Below the pieces are notes generated by a model. That model ran no database searches and had not been told where the DNA came from. It saw only the letters and a list, made by a program, of their open reading frames with translations. A stretch of DNA of 64,000 nucleotides from an uncultured Pseudomonadota bacterium (lineage in GTDB: Bacteria; Pseudomonadota; Alphaproteobacteria; JACZXZ01), in the NCBI GenBank assembly GCA_963749075.1, contig CAVVLJ010000016.1, positions 896,001-960,000 on the forward strand. Direction: 5' to 3'. Of this stretch, positions 13,165 to 25,898 are shown piece by piece. Numbering within the stretch: position 1 is the first letter of the stretch; the number at the start of each line of letters is the position of its first letter. The translations under genes were made by a program, and so were the position numbers.

Positions 13165-13184
13165 GGGGGTTAGTTAGGATGGAA

Positions 13185-13285
13185 CCCCCCACCCCAACCC
13201 TCCCCCTCAAGGGGGGAGGGGGCCCTTATTGCGCTCGCCCGTGGATTTCCCTCCCCCCTTGAGGGGGAGGGTAGGGAGGGGGGTG
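13185..13285. repeat. REP-like palindromic repeat pair (family B)
   Basis: Two inverted units CCCTCCCCCTCAAGGGGGGAGGG / CCCTCCCCCCTTGAGGGGGAGGG; related unit at 40192-40263. Confidence 0.8.
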
Positions 13286-13310
13286 AAGATCGTAAGACGC
13301 CGGCGCGCCC

Positions 13311-14408
<1,098 letters not shown>

Positions 14409-14425
14409 GCTTGGGACTCCCGGGA

Positions 14426-15322
14426 TCAGCCCTTGGTGGCGCCGGCGGTGAGCCCGGCAATGTAATAGTCCATGAGAAAGGCGTAGATGACGAGCGGAGG
14501 TGCCGCCGCGATGAGGGCGGCGGTCATGATCATGCCCCACTGGTAGACGTCGCCCTTGACGAGGGTGGTCACCGTGCCGGCCGTGAGGACGAGCTGGTCG
14601 GAGCTGAAGATGAAGGCCATGGGATAGACGAACTCGGACCACGACACCGTGAAGGCGAAGATCGTTGCCGCGATGAGGCCGGGCAGCGCCACGGGGATGA
14701 AGATCTTGAAGAGCATCTGGACGTGGTTGGCGCCGTCGATGAGGGCCGCCTCGTCGAGCTCCTTGGGGATGCTCTGGAAGTAGCCGATCATGATCCAGGT
14801 GCAAAACGGCACCGTGAGCGTCGGATAGACCAGCACCAGCGCCCAATACGAGTTCAGCAGCCCGAGCGCGCCCACGATCTTGAACATCGGGATGAAGAGC
14901 AGCGAATCCGGCACGAGATAGGTGAGGAATACTCCCGTCGCGAAGACGCCCGAGCCCCAGAACTTCATGCGCCCGAGTGCAAAGGCGGCCGGCACGCTGA
15001 TCACCATGCTGATCGCCACGGTGAGCAGCGTCACGATGACGGTGTTGAGGAAGTAGATGGGAAAATCCGTGTGATACAGCAGGGTCGTGATGTTCTCGGA
15101 GGTCGGCGGCAACGCCGGCGTCCAGGGATCGAGGGTCTGGTTCGAGATCTGCGAGCTCGTCTTGGTCGCGGTGACGAGCGCGTAGAAAGGCGGGGTCAAG
15201 AAGAAGATCGCGAAGACGATGAGGAAGACGTAGGACAGGATGAGCGCCCAGCGCCGGTTGCGCGAGAGGCTGCCGCGGAAGGAGAGCCGAGGCGCTGCGA
15301 CGGCGGCGGCGTCGGCCGTCAT
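14426..15322 (-). CDS. Carbohydrate ABC transporter permease (MalG-like)
   Basis: SIPKELDEAALIDGA EAA motif; hydrophobic. Confidence 0.93.
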   Translation of the reverse strand: MTADAAAVAAPRLSFRGSLSRNRRWALILSYVFLIVFAIFFLTPPFYALVTATKTSSQISNQTLDPWTPALPPTSENITTLLYHTDFPIYFLNTVIVTLLTVAISMVISVPAAFALGRMKFWGSGVFATGVFLTYLVPDSLLFIPMFKIVGALGLLNSYWALVLVYPTLTVPFCTWIMIGYFQSIPKELDEAALIDGANHVQMLFKIFIPVALPGLIAATIFAFTVSWSEFVYPMAFIFSSDQLVLTAGTVTTLVKGDVYQWGMIMTAALIAAAPPLVIYAFLMDYYIAGLTAGATKG

Positions 15323-16272
15323 CAGATCTCCCTCCCGCGCCGCATCACGCCGCGCAGGATGAAGAAGGCGGAGACGCCGAGGATGGGGAACATGAAGAGG
15401 GACACCGCCGAGCCGAGCGGAATGTCGCCCACCTGGATGCCCAGCTGGAAGGCGTAAGTTGCGAACACGTGGGTCATGTTGCGCGGACCGCCCGAGGTCA
15501 ACACGCGGACGATGTCGTAGTTCGCGAAGGTGACGATGAGCGAGAGCAGGACGGTGATGGCGATGATGTTACGCATCATGGGCAGCGTGATGTGGACGAA
15601 GCGCTGCCAGGCGCTGGCTCCGTCGATGGACGCCGCCTCATAGAGCTGCTCGGGCACCGACTTGATGGCGGCCAGGTACATGATCAGGAAGAAGGGCGCG
15701 CCGTACCAGACGTTGACCAGCACCGCGCAGAAGCGTGCCCAATAGGGCTCGCTGAGCCAGGCCACGTGCATGCCGAAGTGGCCGAGGATCCAGTTGAAGG
15801 CGCTGTAGGTGGGATCGAACATCCACCACCAGGTCAGCGTCGAGAGCGAAAGCGGCATGACCCAGGGCACCAGCAGCATGCCGCGCCATTTGCGCTGGCC
15901 CTTGGAGGGCAGATTGTTCACGAGATGCGCCGTGATGATGCCGATGAGCGCCTTGAAGAACACCGCGCTGACCGCGAAGATCGTCGATTGCTCGACCACC
16001 ATCCAGAAGGTGTCGCGGCCCAGGAGAAACGTGAAATTGCCGAGACCGATGAACTTGGTCTGGGCCTTGTTCAGCAGCGAGAGATAGATCGAATAGAGGA
16101 AGGGAAAGAGCACCAGCCCTATCACAAGGGCCATGAGCGGGGTGCACCACAGGACCGCGATCGTCGTCCGCCGTTGCATCAGCTTGTGCAGGCTGCTGCG
16201 CGACGGGCGCGGCAAGGTCGCGGCACCCAGGAAATCGGCCGCGCCGAGCGGCTTGTGGACTTGGTCGACCAT
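15322..16272 (-). CDS. Carbohydrate ABC transporter permease (MalF-like)
   Basis: FIGLGNF, LYEAASIDGASAWQRFVHITLP, TSGGP. Confidence 0.93.
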   Translation of the reverse strand: MVDQVHKPLGAADFLGAATLPRPSRSSLHKLMQRRTTIAVLWCTPLMALVIGLVLFPFLYSIYLSLLNKAQTKFIGLGNFTFLLGRDTFWMVVEQSTIFAVSAVFFKALIGIITAHLVNNLPSKGQRKWRGMLLVPWVMPLSLSTLTWWWMFDPTYSAFNWILGHFGMHVAWLSEPYWARFCAVLVNVWYGAPFFLIMYLAAIKSVPEQLYEAASIDGASAWQRFVHITLPMMRNIIAITVLLSLIVTFANYDIVRVLTSGGPRNMTHVFATYAFQLGIQVGDIPLGSAVSLFMFPILGVSAFFILRGVMRRGREI

Positions 16273-16308
16273 GGCGATCAGCTCCCGCTGTTGCCGTTCC
16301 ACAATCGG

Positions 16309-16340
16309 GAGCGGGCGTGCCCCGCCGGCAGCCCGCTCTC
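16309..16340. other. GC-rich stem-loop between SBP and permease genes (possible mRNA-stabilising hairpin)
   Basis: GAGCGGGC...GCCCGCTC inverted repeat. Confidence 0.4.
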
Positions 16341-16425
16341 AAGAACCCGGATGGAAACGGCGGCCGTCATGCCGAAGCGGCGGTGCGCCGTTCCACCGAT
16401 ACCTGTCCCGTCCTCCGCGCGGCGA

Positions 16426-17779
16426 TCAGGTGCGGAGATAGCCCTCAAGCTCGCCCGACGCCCACTTGATGACCTCGTCGATCTTCTGCTTGCCCTGGGC
16501 GACCTTCGCGATCATGACGGTCTGCAGGGCCTGATTGTAAATCTGCGCCGCGATATCGGGCCGCGCCGGATATCCGGCCATGCTGTATTGCTCGTCCCCG
16601 CGCGGCGGATAGTTGTAGACGGTGCCCAAGGGCGGCTCGACCGTCTTCCAGGTATCGAAATCATAGTAGCTCTTGAAGGACGGCAGGTCGTAGCCGCTCG
16701 AGGCGGCAACGAGACGCCTCGCTTGCGGCTTGTCCACGATATAGTGGACGAGCTCCTTGGCGGCCGTCTTGTTGGTGCCGAAATTCCAAATGCCGTAGAT
16801 GAACGGCAGGTGGGGGGCGAAGCGGCCCTTGGGTCCGCGCGGCATGTCGTGGGTCCAGCACTGCTCGCCCACGGGACGGTTGTCGCGCACCGCGACGGCC
16901 CAGGCGCTCGGCGGATTCATGATGTTCGAGCCCTTGCCCGAGATGAGCCAGCGGTTGTTGCCGGCGTCGTCCCAGGCATAGACGTTCAGGCGAATTGGCC
17001 GCCATCAGTTTCGCGGCGTATTCGAGGACGGTGCGGGTCTCGGGCGAATCGATCTTGATCTGGTCCTTCTCGTCGACGAAGACCGAGCCGTGGCCGCGGA
17101 AGAGGGCGCCCACCCAGTCGATGGCGTCGCTCGTCTGGCCCATGGGCAAACCGACCGGGAAGCCGCCCTTGAAGAGCTGCTCCGCGGTCTTGAGGTACAT
17201 CGCCCAGTCCCAACTCTCGACCAGCGCCTTGTCGCGCTCCACGCCCGGGCCGGGAAACATCTTCACGATGTCGACGTCGCAATACTTCTTGTAGAGATCG
17301 ATGCGCGAGCAGCACGGCTTGACCTGGCTGCCGCAGATAGCCGGAATGCCCATCCAGTGGCCGTCGAACTTGGAGAGATACTCGCAAGTGTCGGCGATCG
17401 GCCCATGGTCCTTGATGAGCGCCGAGATCACGTCGTCGGTAGGCTCGAGCTTGGCGCGGTGAACCGTGATCTGCCAGGCGCGATGGGAGAAGATGTCGTG
17501 GCCGGTGCCGGCTTGCGCCTCGGCGCTTCCGGTCAAGAGATCCTTGTCGCCGATCGTGGTGATGTAGTCGATGTGGATCTCGACCTTGTTCTTCTCGCCC
17601 CATTCGTTGACGATCGCCGTCAAGGTATCGTTGGCGCCGGGGACCCAGTGGTCCCAGGCCCCGATGGCTAGCTTGCCGGCAGCATAGCTCGTGCGCATGT
17701 AGGGTGCTGCCACGAGCGCAGTCGTGGCCAGCGCGGTCTTCGCGATGAACTTGCGGCGTGAAATCTTGCTCCGAGTCAT
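16426..17779 (-). CDS. Carbohydrate-type ABC substrate-binding protein with Tat signal; +1 frameshift near 16987
   Basis: SRRKFI twin-arginine leader; WDHWVPG; after the shift the frame continues VYAWDDAGNNRWLISG...MNPPSAWAVA. Confidence 0.85.
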
Positions 17780-17884
17780 CTCTGCTCCTCCCAAGGTCGC
17801 GGGCGATCACTGCACCCGATCGTTGATATCATTGAGTCCGATAATATAACCGAATGCGGGCAAGAGGAATAGGCCGATCGTAGC

Positions 17885-17900
17885 GGCAAGCAAAAGGCCG
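17885..17900 (-). promoter_or_regulatory. Possible sigma-54 promoter upstream of the SBP gene
   Basis: Minus strand CGGCCT-TTTGC-TTGCC keeps GG-N10-GC spacing but deviates at -24. Confidence 0.3.
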
Positions 17901-18007
17901 CGGCCTCGGGCGGAGGTGCTGCAAATCCAGGCAAAAATGCGGCACGAGGCCGCCAAACGTCCCGGCCGGGCCGTTGCCCCGGTCGCCCCGCCCGGCCGCC
18001 GGCGCGC

Positions 18008-20338
18008 TCAGGCGCGCCCGTTGCCGCGGATCGCCTGCCAGATGCGCTCCGGCGTGGCCGGCATGTCGATGTGCTCGATGCCGTGCTCCGCGAGCGCATC
18101 GACGAGGGCATTGATGACCGCGGGCGGCGCGCCGATGGCGCCCGCCTCGCCGGCACCCTTGACGCCGAGCGGATTGCTGCGGCAGGGCACGATGTTGTAG
18201 CTGCTCTCGATGGCGGGGACGTTGTCGGCGCGCGGCATGCAGTAGTCCATGAACGAGCCGGTGACGAGCTGGCCGGTGGCCTGATCGTAGACGCAGCTCT
18301 CGAGGAGGGCCTGGCCGATGCCCTGCACGACGCCGCCGTGGATCTGGCCGTCGAGCAGCAGCGGGTTGAGCACGACGCCCACGTCGTCGACCACGAGATA
18401 GCGCGCGATGCTGACGCTGCCCGTCTCGGGATCGACCTCGAGCTCGCAGAGGTGGCAGCCGTTGGGAAAGGTGGAGGCCGGCGGCGTGAAGTGCGCCTTG
18501 GCGCCGAACCCGGGCTCGATCTCGGGCGGCAGCTGCAAGGGATCGTAGGCCGCCTGCGCCACCTTGGCGAAGCTCACGCTGCGGTCGGTGCCGGCGATGC
18601 GGTAATGACCCTCGGCGAACTCCACGTCGGCGGCCGAGGCCTCGAGGATATGGGCGGCGATGGGCTTGCCGCGCTCGATCACCCGGCGCGCCGCGAGATC
18701 GACGGCAACCCCGCCCACGGGAAGCGAGCGCGAGCCGCCGGTGCCGCGGCCATAGGCCACCACGTCGGTGTCGCCCTGCACCACGCGGATCTCCTCGAAG
18801 GGAACGCCGAGCGTCTCGGCGAGGATCTGCGCGTAGGCGGTCTGGTGGCCCTGTCCGCTCGATTGCGTGCCGACGAGGAGCGAGACGGAGCCGCTCGGAT
18901 CGACGCGCACCTCGGCCGATTCGTCCGGGCCGCCGCCGCACTGCTCGATGTAGGTCGAAAAGCCGAAGCCGCGCAGCTTGCCTGCCTTGCGCGCCGCCGC
19001 CTTGCGCTGGGCGAAGCCCGCCCGATCCGCGAGCTTGAGCGCGTCCTCCATGTTGCGCGCGAAATGGCCGCTGTCGTAGGTGAGGCCCATCGAGGTCGTA
19101 TAGGGCATCTTCTCCGGCGGGATGAAGTTGCGCCGGCGAAGCTCGTCTGGCGCAATGCCGGCCTTGCGCGCCGCATGGTCGACCATGCGCTCGATGACGT
19201 AGGCCGCCTCCGGCCGGCCGGCGCCGCGATAGGCATCGACGGGTGCGGTGTTGGTGAAGACGCCTTTGACCGAGACGTGGATGGCCGGCACCACATAGAC
19301 GCCGACCAGGAGCTGGGTCCCGCAGAGCGTCGGGATGAAGGTGCTGAAGTTGGAGAGATAGGCGCCGAGGTTGGCGACCGTCGCTACCCGCATGGCGAGG
19401 AAGCGGCCATCCTTGTCGAGGCCGAGCTCGGCCTCGGTCACGTTGTCGCGGCCGTGGGTGTCGGCGAGGAAGCAGTCGGCGCGCTCGCCCGACCACTTGA
19501 CCGGGCGGCCGAGCTTCTTCGCGGCATAGAGCACGAGGGCGTGCTCGCGGTAGAGGAATATTTTGGCGCCGAAGCCGCCGCCCACGTCCGGCGTCACCAC
19601 GCGGATGTCGTGCTCCGGCACCTTGAGGACGTGCTTGGCGAGCAACTCGCGCACGAAGTGGGAGCCCTGGCTCGAGGTATAGAGCAGGTAGCGCTCCTCG
19701 CCGCGCTCGTAGGCGCCGAGGGCCGAGCGCGGCTCCATCGGATTGGGCACCAGGCGGTTGTTGACGAGGCGCAGCTTGACCACGTTGGCCGCCTTCGCCA
19801 TCGCCTTGTCGGCGGCCGCCTTGTCGCCGATCTCCCAGTCGAAGCAGAGGTTGCCCGGCGCCTCGTCCCAGATGCGCGCCGGATGCTTGGCGTCCGCCAC
19901 CGCCGTCTCGCTCCAGGCCGGCAGGCTCTCGTAATCGATCTCGACGAGCTCGGCCGCGTCGCGCGCCGCGTCGAGGGTCTCGGCCACGACGAGGGCGACC
20001 GCGTCGCCCACGTAGCGCACGCGGTCGACGGCGAGGCAGGGATAGGGCGGCGAGGGATTGGTGCTGCCGTCGCGGTTGGTCGTCGGCGTGAGAAGGGGGA
20101 TGGTGCCGATGCCGTCGTTCGCGAGATCGGCGCCGGTGAAGACCGCAAGCACGCCGGCTGCCGCCTTGGCCTCAGCGGCGTCGATGCTGCGGATGCGCGC
20201 ATGGGCATGGGGCGAGCGCAGGATATAGGCGTAGCTCTGCCGCGGCAGGCTGATGTCGTCGGCGTAGCAGCCCTCTCCGGTCAGGAAGCGCGCATCCTCG
20301 CGCCTGCGGATCGCCTGGCCGAAAGCAAACTTGCCCAT
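18008..20338 (-). CDS. Xanthine dehydrogenase-family molybdopterin-binding subunit (form II CoxL-like)
   Basis: [32 protein letters not shown] active-site loop, [14 protein letters not shown]. Confidence 0.93.
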   Translation of the reverse strand: MGKFAFGQAIRRREDARFLTGEGCYADDISLPRQSYAYILRSPHAHARIRSIDAAEAKAAAGVLAVFTGADLANDGIGTIPLLTPTTNRDGSTNPSPPYPCLAVDRVRYVGDAVALVVAETLDAARDAAELVEIDYESLPAWSETAVADAKHPARIWDEAPGNLCFDWEIGDKAAADKAMAKAANVVKLRLVNNRLVPNPMEPRSALGAYERGEERYLLYTSSQGSHFVRELLAKHVLKVPEHDIRVVTPDVGGGFGAKIFLYREHALVLYAAKKLGRPVKWSGERADCFLADTHGRDNVTEAELGLDKDGRFLAMRVATVANLGAYLSNFSTFIPTLCGTQLLVGVYVVPAIHVSVKGVFTNTAPVDAYRGAGRPEAAYVIERMVDHAARKAGIAPDELRRRNFIPPEKMPYTTSMGLTYDSGHFARNMEDALKLADRAGFAQRKAAARKAGKLRGFGFSTYIEQCGGGPDESAEVRVDPSGSVSLLVGTQSSGQGHQTAYAQILAETLGVPFEEIRVVQGDTDVVAYGRGTGGSRSLPVGGVAVDLAARRVIERGKPIAAHILEASAADVEFAEGHYRIAGTDRSVSFAKVAQAAYDPLQLPPEIEPGFGAKAHFTPPASTFPNGCHLCELEVDPETGSVSIARYLVVDDVGVVLNPLLLDGQIHGGVVQGIGQALLESCVYDQATGQLVTGSFMDYCMPRADNVPAIESSYNIVPCRSNPLGVKGAGEAGAIGAPPAVINALVDALAEHGIEHIDMPATPERIWQAIRGNGRA

Positions 20339-20423
20339 GCTGGATCTCCCGGGATGTCTCGGACGCAACAGTAGGCCGAGCGGGGACTAGGCGCCAAGGG
20401 TCTTGTCGTTTTTCGACAAGAGC

Positions 20424-20525
20424 CCGCTGTCCCTCACCCTTCCCATCGCTTGCGCGATGGGCCCCTTCCCTCTCCCGCAAGCGGGAGAGGGTGGCGAGCG
20501 TCAGCGAGCCGGGTGAGGGATAGCG
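20424..20525. repeat. REP-like intergenic palindromic repeat (family A, longer form)
   Basis: Inverted near-copy of 837-912 with an extra hairpin CCCATCGCTTGCGCGATGGG. Confidence 0.85.
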
Positions 20526-20536
20526 ACCACGCGCCG

Positions 20537-21563
20537 CTATTTGCTCTTCCGCATCGCTTCGTTGTAGTAGCTCGCATCGTAGAAGCGCATGGGATCGCCG
20601 AGCGTCATCTGCGGCTTGCCGTATTCGCTGCGCAGTGCCAGCACCTTGCGAGCGCCGGTCACGTCGAACTTGACCTTATGGGTGAAGCCGGTCTTGGCGT
20701 CGAACAGCACCTTGTAGCTCTCGGCCGCGACCTCGGGCGACATCTGCGGCAGGTTCTTCCTCAGGATCGCGATGCCCTCCTCGCGGTTGCGCGGGTCGTA
20801 GAGCCAGTCGACCGCCTGCGAGAAGCCGCGGATGTAGGCGACCACTTTCTCCCTGTTGTCCTTGGCCCAGGGCCGGCGCGCAGCACCCACTAGGCCCTGG
20901 TAGCGGTGGTAGACGTTGATCGCGCGGACGACCTGATTGAAGCCCTCGGCCTTGGCCACGACCTCGAAGGGCGTGAGCAGCAGCGTACCGTCGTGCTTCT
21001 TCTCATGCAGGTCCTGCCAGCGCTGCAGCACGCCGCCCACGATGTCGACCTTGTAGTCGCCGGGCTTGAGACCGCCGCGCTTCAAGAGATCGAAGAGCAC
21101 GAAGGCATAGCCGGTGGTGAGCGCGTCGACCGTGACGCTCCTCCCCTTGAGCGCCGCGACGCTCTTCACCTCGGGCACGGTCACGACGCTGAGAGAGCCG
21201 TTGTCCACCCCCATGAAGGCGAAGAGCTCGGGATGCGCTCCGACCGGCGCCTCGCCTTGGCCGACCGCATAGGCGACGACGTTGTCGTAGGCGGTCATGG
21301 CGATGTCCCACTTGCCGTCGATCAGGCCGGTCAGCTGCATGACGGAGCCCGTCGTCGGCGTGAGGCTGACGCTGATGCCGCGCGAGGCGAAGAAGCCCTT
21401 CTCCTCGGCCACCCAGATCGGCCAGTTGAAGCCGCCGGGAAAGACGATGACCGAGACAGGCTTCGGCTCGTCGGCCCGTGCCGCCGCCGAGAACTCCCGC
21501 AAGACTGGCGATCATGGCCGCCGCCACGCGCGCCACGCGCCAATAGCGCCGCAATGCCCCCAT
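20537..21563 (-). CDS. SsuA/THI5/NMT1-type ABC substrate-binding protein; probable frameshift near 21480
   Basis: PIWVAEEKGFF, LKGRSVTVDALTTGY; signal-peptide-like MGALRRYWRVARVAAAMIASLAG lies in an adjacent frame behind a GGGGGG RBS. Confidence 0.8.
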
Positions 21564-21767
21564 CAGTTCCCCCCCTTTGTCGACCCGCCGGTTCTGCCGC
21601 CGGCATCTCGACTTCGGCATCGACTATGGCGCCGGGCCGGCCTGCCATCAACGGGAATTCGCGGCGACGGCGCCCTCGGCCGGTCTTGACTTGTCGGGCG
21701 CGGGGCGGAATGTTGGGCCAAGCGCCTCCGGCCGCCGGAGCGCAAAACAAGGAAAGGGGAATTCGCC

Positions 21768-23116
21768 ATGTCCGCCGTCAGCGAGCTTCTCGAGCTCGAC
21801 CAGCAGCATCTCATCCATCCGCTTCATCACCCCAAGGACCGCGAGCATCCGCTCCTCATGGTCGAGGGGGAGGGCGAGATGCTGCGCGACGCGGAGGGCA
21901 AGTCCTACATCGACGGTCTCTCCGGCCTGTGGAACGTTAACGTCGGCCACGGCCGCAGGGAGCTCGGCGAGGCCGCCTCCAAGCAGATGTCGAAGCTCGC
22001 CTTCGCCTCGGCCTACATCGGCGCCTCGAACGAGCCGGCCATCCGCCTCGCCGACCGCCTGGTGAAGCTCGCCTATGCCAACATCTCGGCGGTCTATTTC
22101 ACGACGGCCGGGGCGGAATCGAACGAATCCGCCTTCAAGTTCGCGCGCTATCACTGGAAGGTGCGGGGCAAGCCGGAGAAGGTGAAGATCTTCTCCCGCG
22201 TCCATGCCTATCACGGCGTCACCATGGCGGCGATGAGCGCCACGGGCATGGCGGTCTATCACAAGATGTTCGGCCCGCTGGTGCCCAACTTCCATCAGGT
22301 GCCCGCACCCTACCCCTACCGCTGGCCGGGCAACGGCGACCCCGGCATCGAGGCGGCGGACGCCCTCGAGGAGGCCATCCTCAAGGAAGGCCCGGGCACC
22401 GTCGCCGCGGTGATCGCCGAGCCGGTGATGGGGGCGGGCGGCGTCATCGTGCCGCCCGAGACCTACTTCCCGCGCCTGCGCGAGATCTGCGACCGCCACG
22501 ACGTGCTGCTCATCGCGGACGAGGTGATCACCGGCTTCGGCCGCACGGGCCGCTGGTTCGCGCTCGGCCATTGGGGCGTCGAGCCCGATCTCGTCTCCTT
22601 CGCCAAGGGGGTTACCAGCGCCTATCTGCCGCTCGGCGGCGTGCTGGTCTCCAAGCGCGTGCACCGCTCGCTCGAGGAAGCGCCCGCCGACCAGCGCTTC
22701 ATGCATGCGGCCACCTATTCGGGCCATCCGGTGTGCTGCGCCGTGGCCTTGCGCAACCTCGACATCATCGAGAAGGAAGGGCTCGTCGAGCGCGCCGCCA
22801 CCGTGGGCCGCCGTCTCCTCGCCGGGCTCGAGTCTTGCGCGATCTTCCCGCGGTGGGAGACGTGCGCGGCCTCGGCATGATGTGCGGCGTCGAGCTCGTG
22901 GAGAGCCGCGAGACGCGCAAGCCCGCGATCGGGCTCGGCGGCAAGGTGGTGCGCGCGGCGCTCGCCCGCGGCCTCTTGGTGCGCATCCGCGCGGGCGGCG
23001 CCAATCCCGCCATCGGCGACACCCTTTGCATCGCTCCGCCGCTCATGACGCCGGTCGAGACCATCGACCGCATCGTGGAGATCGTGCGCGCGTCGATCGT
23101 GGCGGCGGCGAGATGA
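21768..23116 (+). CDS. Class III PLP aminotransferase (omega-amino acid/putrescine:pyruvate type); frameshift near 22835
   Basis: YIDGLSGLWNVNVGHG, YHG, EPVMGAGG, ADEVITGFGRTG, AKGVTSAY; C-terminus VGDVRGLGMM in the shifted frame. Confidence 0.9.
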
Positions 23117-23166
23117 CGAGATGACAAGATAGCAAGATAGAGGGACAGGGCAACGGGAGGATCACC

Positions 23167-24198
23167 ATGACTCGCATCATCGCAGCGTTCTTCGCGACCG
23201 CGCTCTTTGCGGCAGCGGCCCACGCCGAGGACAAGACCCTCTACGTGGCGGCCTACGGCGGCTCCTTCGAGCAGACCTTGCGCAAGGAGGTCTTCCCGCC
23301 CTTCGCCAAGGCGCACGGCATCGACATCGAGTACGTCGCCGGCAACTCGACGGACAACCTCGCCAAGCTCCAGGCCCAGAAGGGCAGCGAGCAGATCGAC
23401 GTGGCGATCCTCGACGACGGTCCGATGTACCAGGCGGTGGCGCTCGGCTTCTGCGCGCCGCTCGCCAAGGCCGCGGTCTACGGCGACCTCTACGGCCTTG
23501 CCAAGCTGCCCTCGGGCAAGGGGGTGCTCATCGGCATCACCGCGACCGGCATCATGTACAACACCAAGGTCTTCGCCGAGAACCACTGGCCGGCGCCCAC
23601 CTCCTGGCAGGACCTCAAGGACCCGAAGTTCAAGCAAAAGCTGGTGATCCCACCGCTCAACAACACTTACGGCCTCCACGCCCTCGTCGTCTATGCCAAG
23701 GCCGGCGGCGGCGGGGAGAAGAACATCGAGCCGGGCTTCAAGGCCTTCAAGGACGAGATCGGCCCCAACGTGCTCGCCTACGAGCCGTCGCCGGGCAAGA
23801 TGACCGAGCTCTTCCAGAGCGGCCAAGCCATCGTCGCCATCTGGGGTGCTGGTCGCGAGAAAGCGCTGGCGGACACGGGCTTTCCGGTCGCCTTCGTCTA
23901 TCCCAAGGAAGGCGGGGTCGCCCTCGGCGTCGCGGCCTGCCCGGTCGCCGGCGGCAAGGACAAGCCCGAGGCGCAGCTTTTCATCCAGCACCTCCTCTCC
24001 CCGGAGATGCAAGCCGTCCTCGCGGCCGGCGCCGGGCTCGGCCCGGTCAACAAGAAGGTCGTGCTGCCGCCGGATAAGCGGGCCGGCATCCCCTACGGCC
24101 TCGAGCAGATCGGCAAGCTCGTGACGATCGATTGGGATACGGTCAACGAGCACCGGGAGGAATGGAACAAGCGCTGGGTGCGCGAGATCGAGCGCTGA
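23167..24198 (+). CDS. ABC substrate-binding protein (PotD/AfuA-like)
   Basis: Signal peptide, AYGGS, PTSWQDL, VYPKEG. Confidence 0.9.
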   Translation: MTRIIAAFFATALFAAAAHAEDKTLYVAAYGGSFEQTLRKEVFPPFAKAHGIDIEYVAGNSTDNLAKLQAQKGSEQIDVAILDDGPMYQAVALGFCAPLAKAAVYGDLYGLAKLPSGKGVLIGITATGIMYNTKVFAENHWPAPTSWQDLKDPKFKQKLVIPPLNNTYGLHALVVYAKAGGGGEKNIEPGFKAFKDEIGPNVLAYEPSPGKMTELFQSGQAIVAIWGAGREKALADTGFPVAFVYPKEGGVALGVAACPVAGGKDKPEAQLFIQHLLSPEMQAVLAAGAGLGPVNKKVVLPPDKRAGIPYGLEQIGKLVTIDWDTVNEHREEWNKRWVREIER

Positions 24199-24220
24199 CC
24201 CGCGGGAGTGCCGTCGAGCG

Positions 24221-25075
24221 ATGCGCGCGCCGCTCGCACCCTATCTCCTCTCGGGGCCGGCGGTCCTTCTCTTCGCCGCCATGGTGTTGACGCCGCTCGC
24301 GGCGACGGCCCTCCTCTCGCTCCACAGCTTCAGCCTCTACAAGGGCATCGAGGACGTCTATCGCCTCGCCAACTACGCCGACATCCTGAGCGACAGCTAT
24401 TTCTACGGCATCTTCGCGCGCACCTTCCGCCTGGCGCTCCTGGTCACGCTCATCGCCGTCATCATCGGCACGCCAGAGGCCTATATCCTCAACCGAATGC
24501 GCCCGCCCTGGCGCGGCATCTTCCTCCTGGTGGTGCTCGGCCCGCTCCTCATCTCGGTCGTCTCGCGCACCCTCGGCTGGGCGCTCCTCTTCGGCTCGAC
24601 GGGGCTCATCAACCAGGGGCTCGAGGCCCTGGGGCTGATCGCAGCACCGCTCCGCTTCATGTATACCGAGACCGGCATCGTGATCGCGCTCACCCACGTG
24701 CTGGTCCCCTTCATGGTGATCTCGGTGTGGGCGTCGCTCCAGCGCCTCGACCCGCAGATCGAGAACGCGGCGGCCTCGCTCGGCGCCGGCAGCTTCACCG
24801 TGCTGCGGCGCATCACGCTGCCGCAGGTGATGCCGGGCGTGCTCTCGGGCGCCATCATCGTCTTTGCCCTCGCGGCGAGCGCCTTCGCGACGCCCGCCAT
24901 CATCGGCGGACGGCGCCTCAAGGTGGCCTCGACGCTCGCCTACGACGAGTTCCTCAACACCCTCAACTGGCCGCTCGGTGCCGCCGTGGCCGTGCTACTC
25001 CTCGCCGCCAACGTGGCGATCATCGTGGGCTGCAACCGCCTCATCGAGCGGCGCTATGCCGAGGTGTTCCGGTGA
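24221..25075 (+). CDS. ABC permease (PotB-like)
   Basis: PLLISVVSRTLGW, IENAAASLGA, LNWPLGAA. Confidence 0.92.
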   Translation: MRAPLAPYLLSGPAVLLFAAMVLTPLAATALLSLHSFSLYKGIEDVYRLANYADILSDSYFYGIFARTFRLALLVTLIAVIIGTPEAYILNRMRPPWRGIFLLVVLGPLLISVVSRTLGWALLFGSTGLINQGLEALGLIAAPLRFMYTETGIVIALTHVLVPFMVISVWASLQRLDPQIENAAASLGAGSFTVLRRITLPQVMPGVLSGAIIVFALAASAFATPAIIGGRRLKVASTLAYDEFLNTLNWPLGAAVAVLLLAANVAIIVGCNRLIERRYAEVFR

Positions 25076-25872
25076 GACGAAACGGACCCGCAGCACTCCT
25101 CTTCCACGCGCTCTTCATCGCCTTCATCGTGGCGCCGATCGCCGTCGTCTGCCTCGTCGCCTTCACGCCCGAGGGCTATCTATCGCTGCCGACGCACGGC
25201 TTCTCGCTGCGCTGGTTCCGCGCCATTGGCGCCAATCCCGAGTTCGTCGAGGCGTTCTGGACGAGCCTCTGGCTCGGCGCCCTCTCCTCGACGATCGCCG
25301 TCGGCTTCTCGGTGCCGAGCGCCTTGGCGCTCGCGCGCTTCCGCTTCCCCGGCCGCGAGGCGATCGCCGCACTCTTCCAATCGCCGCTCATGATCCCGCA
25401 GGTCGTGCTCGGCATCGCCTTCCTGCGCTTCTTCACCGAGATCGGGCTCGGCGGCACTTTCGCCGGGCTCGTGCTCGGCCATATCGTCATCGTGATGCCC
25501 TTTGCACTTCGCCTGGTGCTCGCCGCGGCGACCGGCCTCGATCCGCGCATCGAGCGCGCGGCGGTGTCGCTCGGCGCCTCCTGGTGGAGCACCTTCCGCC
25601 AGATCACCCTGCCGCTCATCCTGCCGGGGCTGGCGAGCGGCTGGCTGCTCGCCTTCATCACCAGCTTCGACGAGGTGACCATGACGGTGTTCATCGCCTC
25701 GCCCAAGGCCACGACCTTGCCGGTGCGCCTCTTCCTCTACATCCAGGACAACATCGATCCCCTGGTGGCGGCGGTCTCGGCCGCCCTCATCGGCCTCACC
25801 GCCGTGGCGATCGTCCTGCTCGACCGTCTCTACGGACTGGAGCGGCTCCTCGTCGGCCGCGGCCGGGACTGA
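25072..25872 (+). CDS. ABC permease (PotC-like)
   Basis: GTGA overlap with upstream gene; FSLRWF, IERAAVSLGA, SFDEV, TLP. Confidence 0.9.
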   Translation: MRRNGPAALLFHALFIAFIVAPIAVVCLVAFTPEGYLSLPTHGFSLRWFRAIGANPEFVEAFWTSLWLGALSSTIAVGFSVPSALALARFRFPGREAIAALFQSPLMIPQVVLGIAFLRFFTEIGLGGTFAGLVLGHIVIVMPFALRLVLAAATGLDPRIERAAVSLGASWWSTFRQITLPLILPGLASGWLLAFITSFDEVTMTVFIASPKATTLPVRLFLYIQDNIDPLVAAVSAALIGLTAVAIVLLDRLYGLERLLVGRGRD

Positions 25873-25898
25873 GGAGGGGAAGAGTGGCGGGCGGCTCC

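Noticed and set aside
18008-20338. True aerobic CO dehydrogenase (form I coxL)
   Set aside because: The loop is AYRGAGR, not AYxCSFR; there are no coxMS or accessory genes
18071-20374. Long antisense or alternate-frame ORFs (e.g. 18071-20374 +, 30319-33183 -, 41297-43114 +, 55479-57362 +, 61656-63290 +)
   Set aside because: These are typical high-GC shadow ORFs overlapping well-supported genes and have no recognisable motifs
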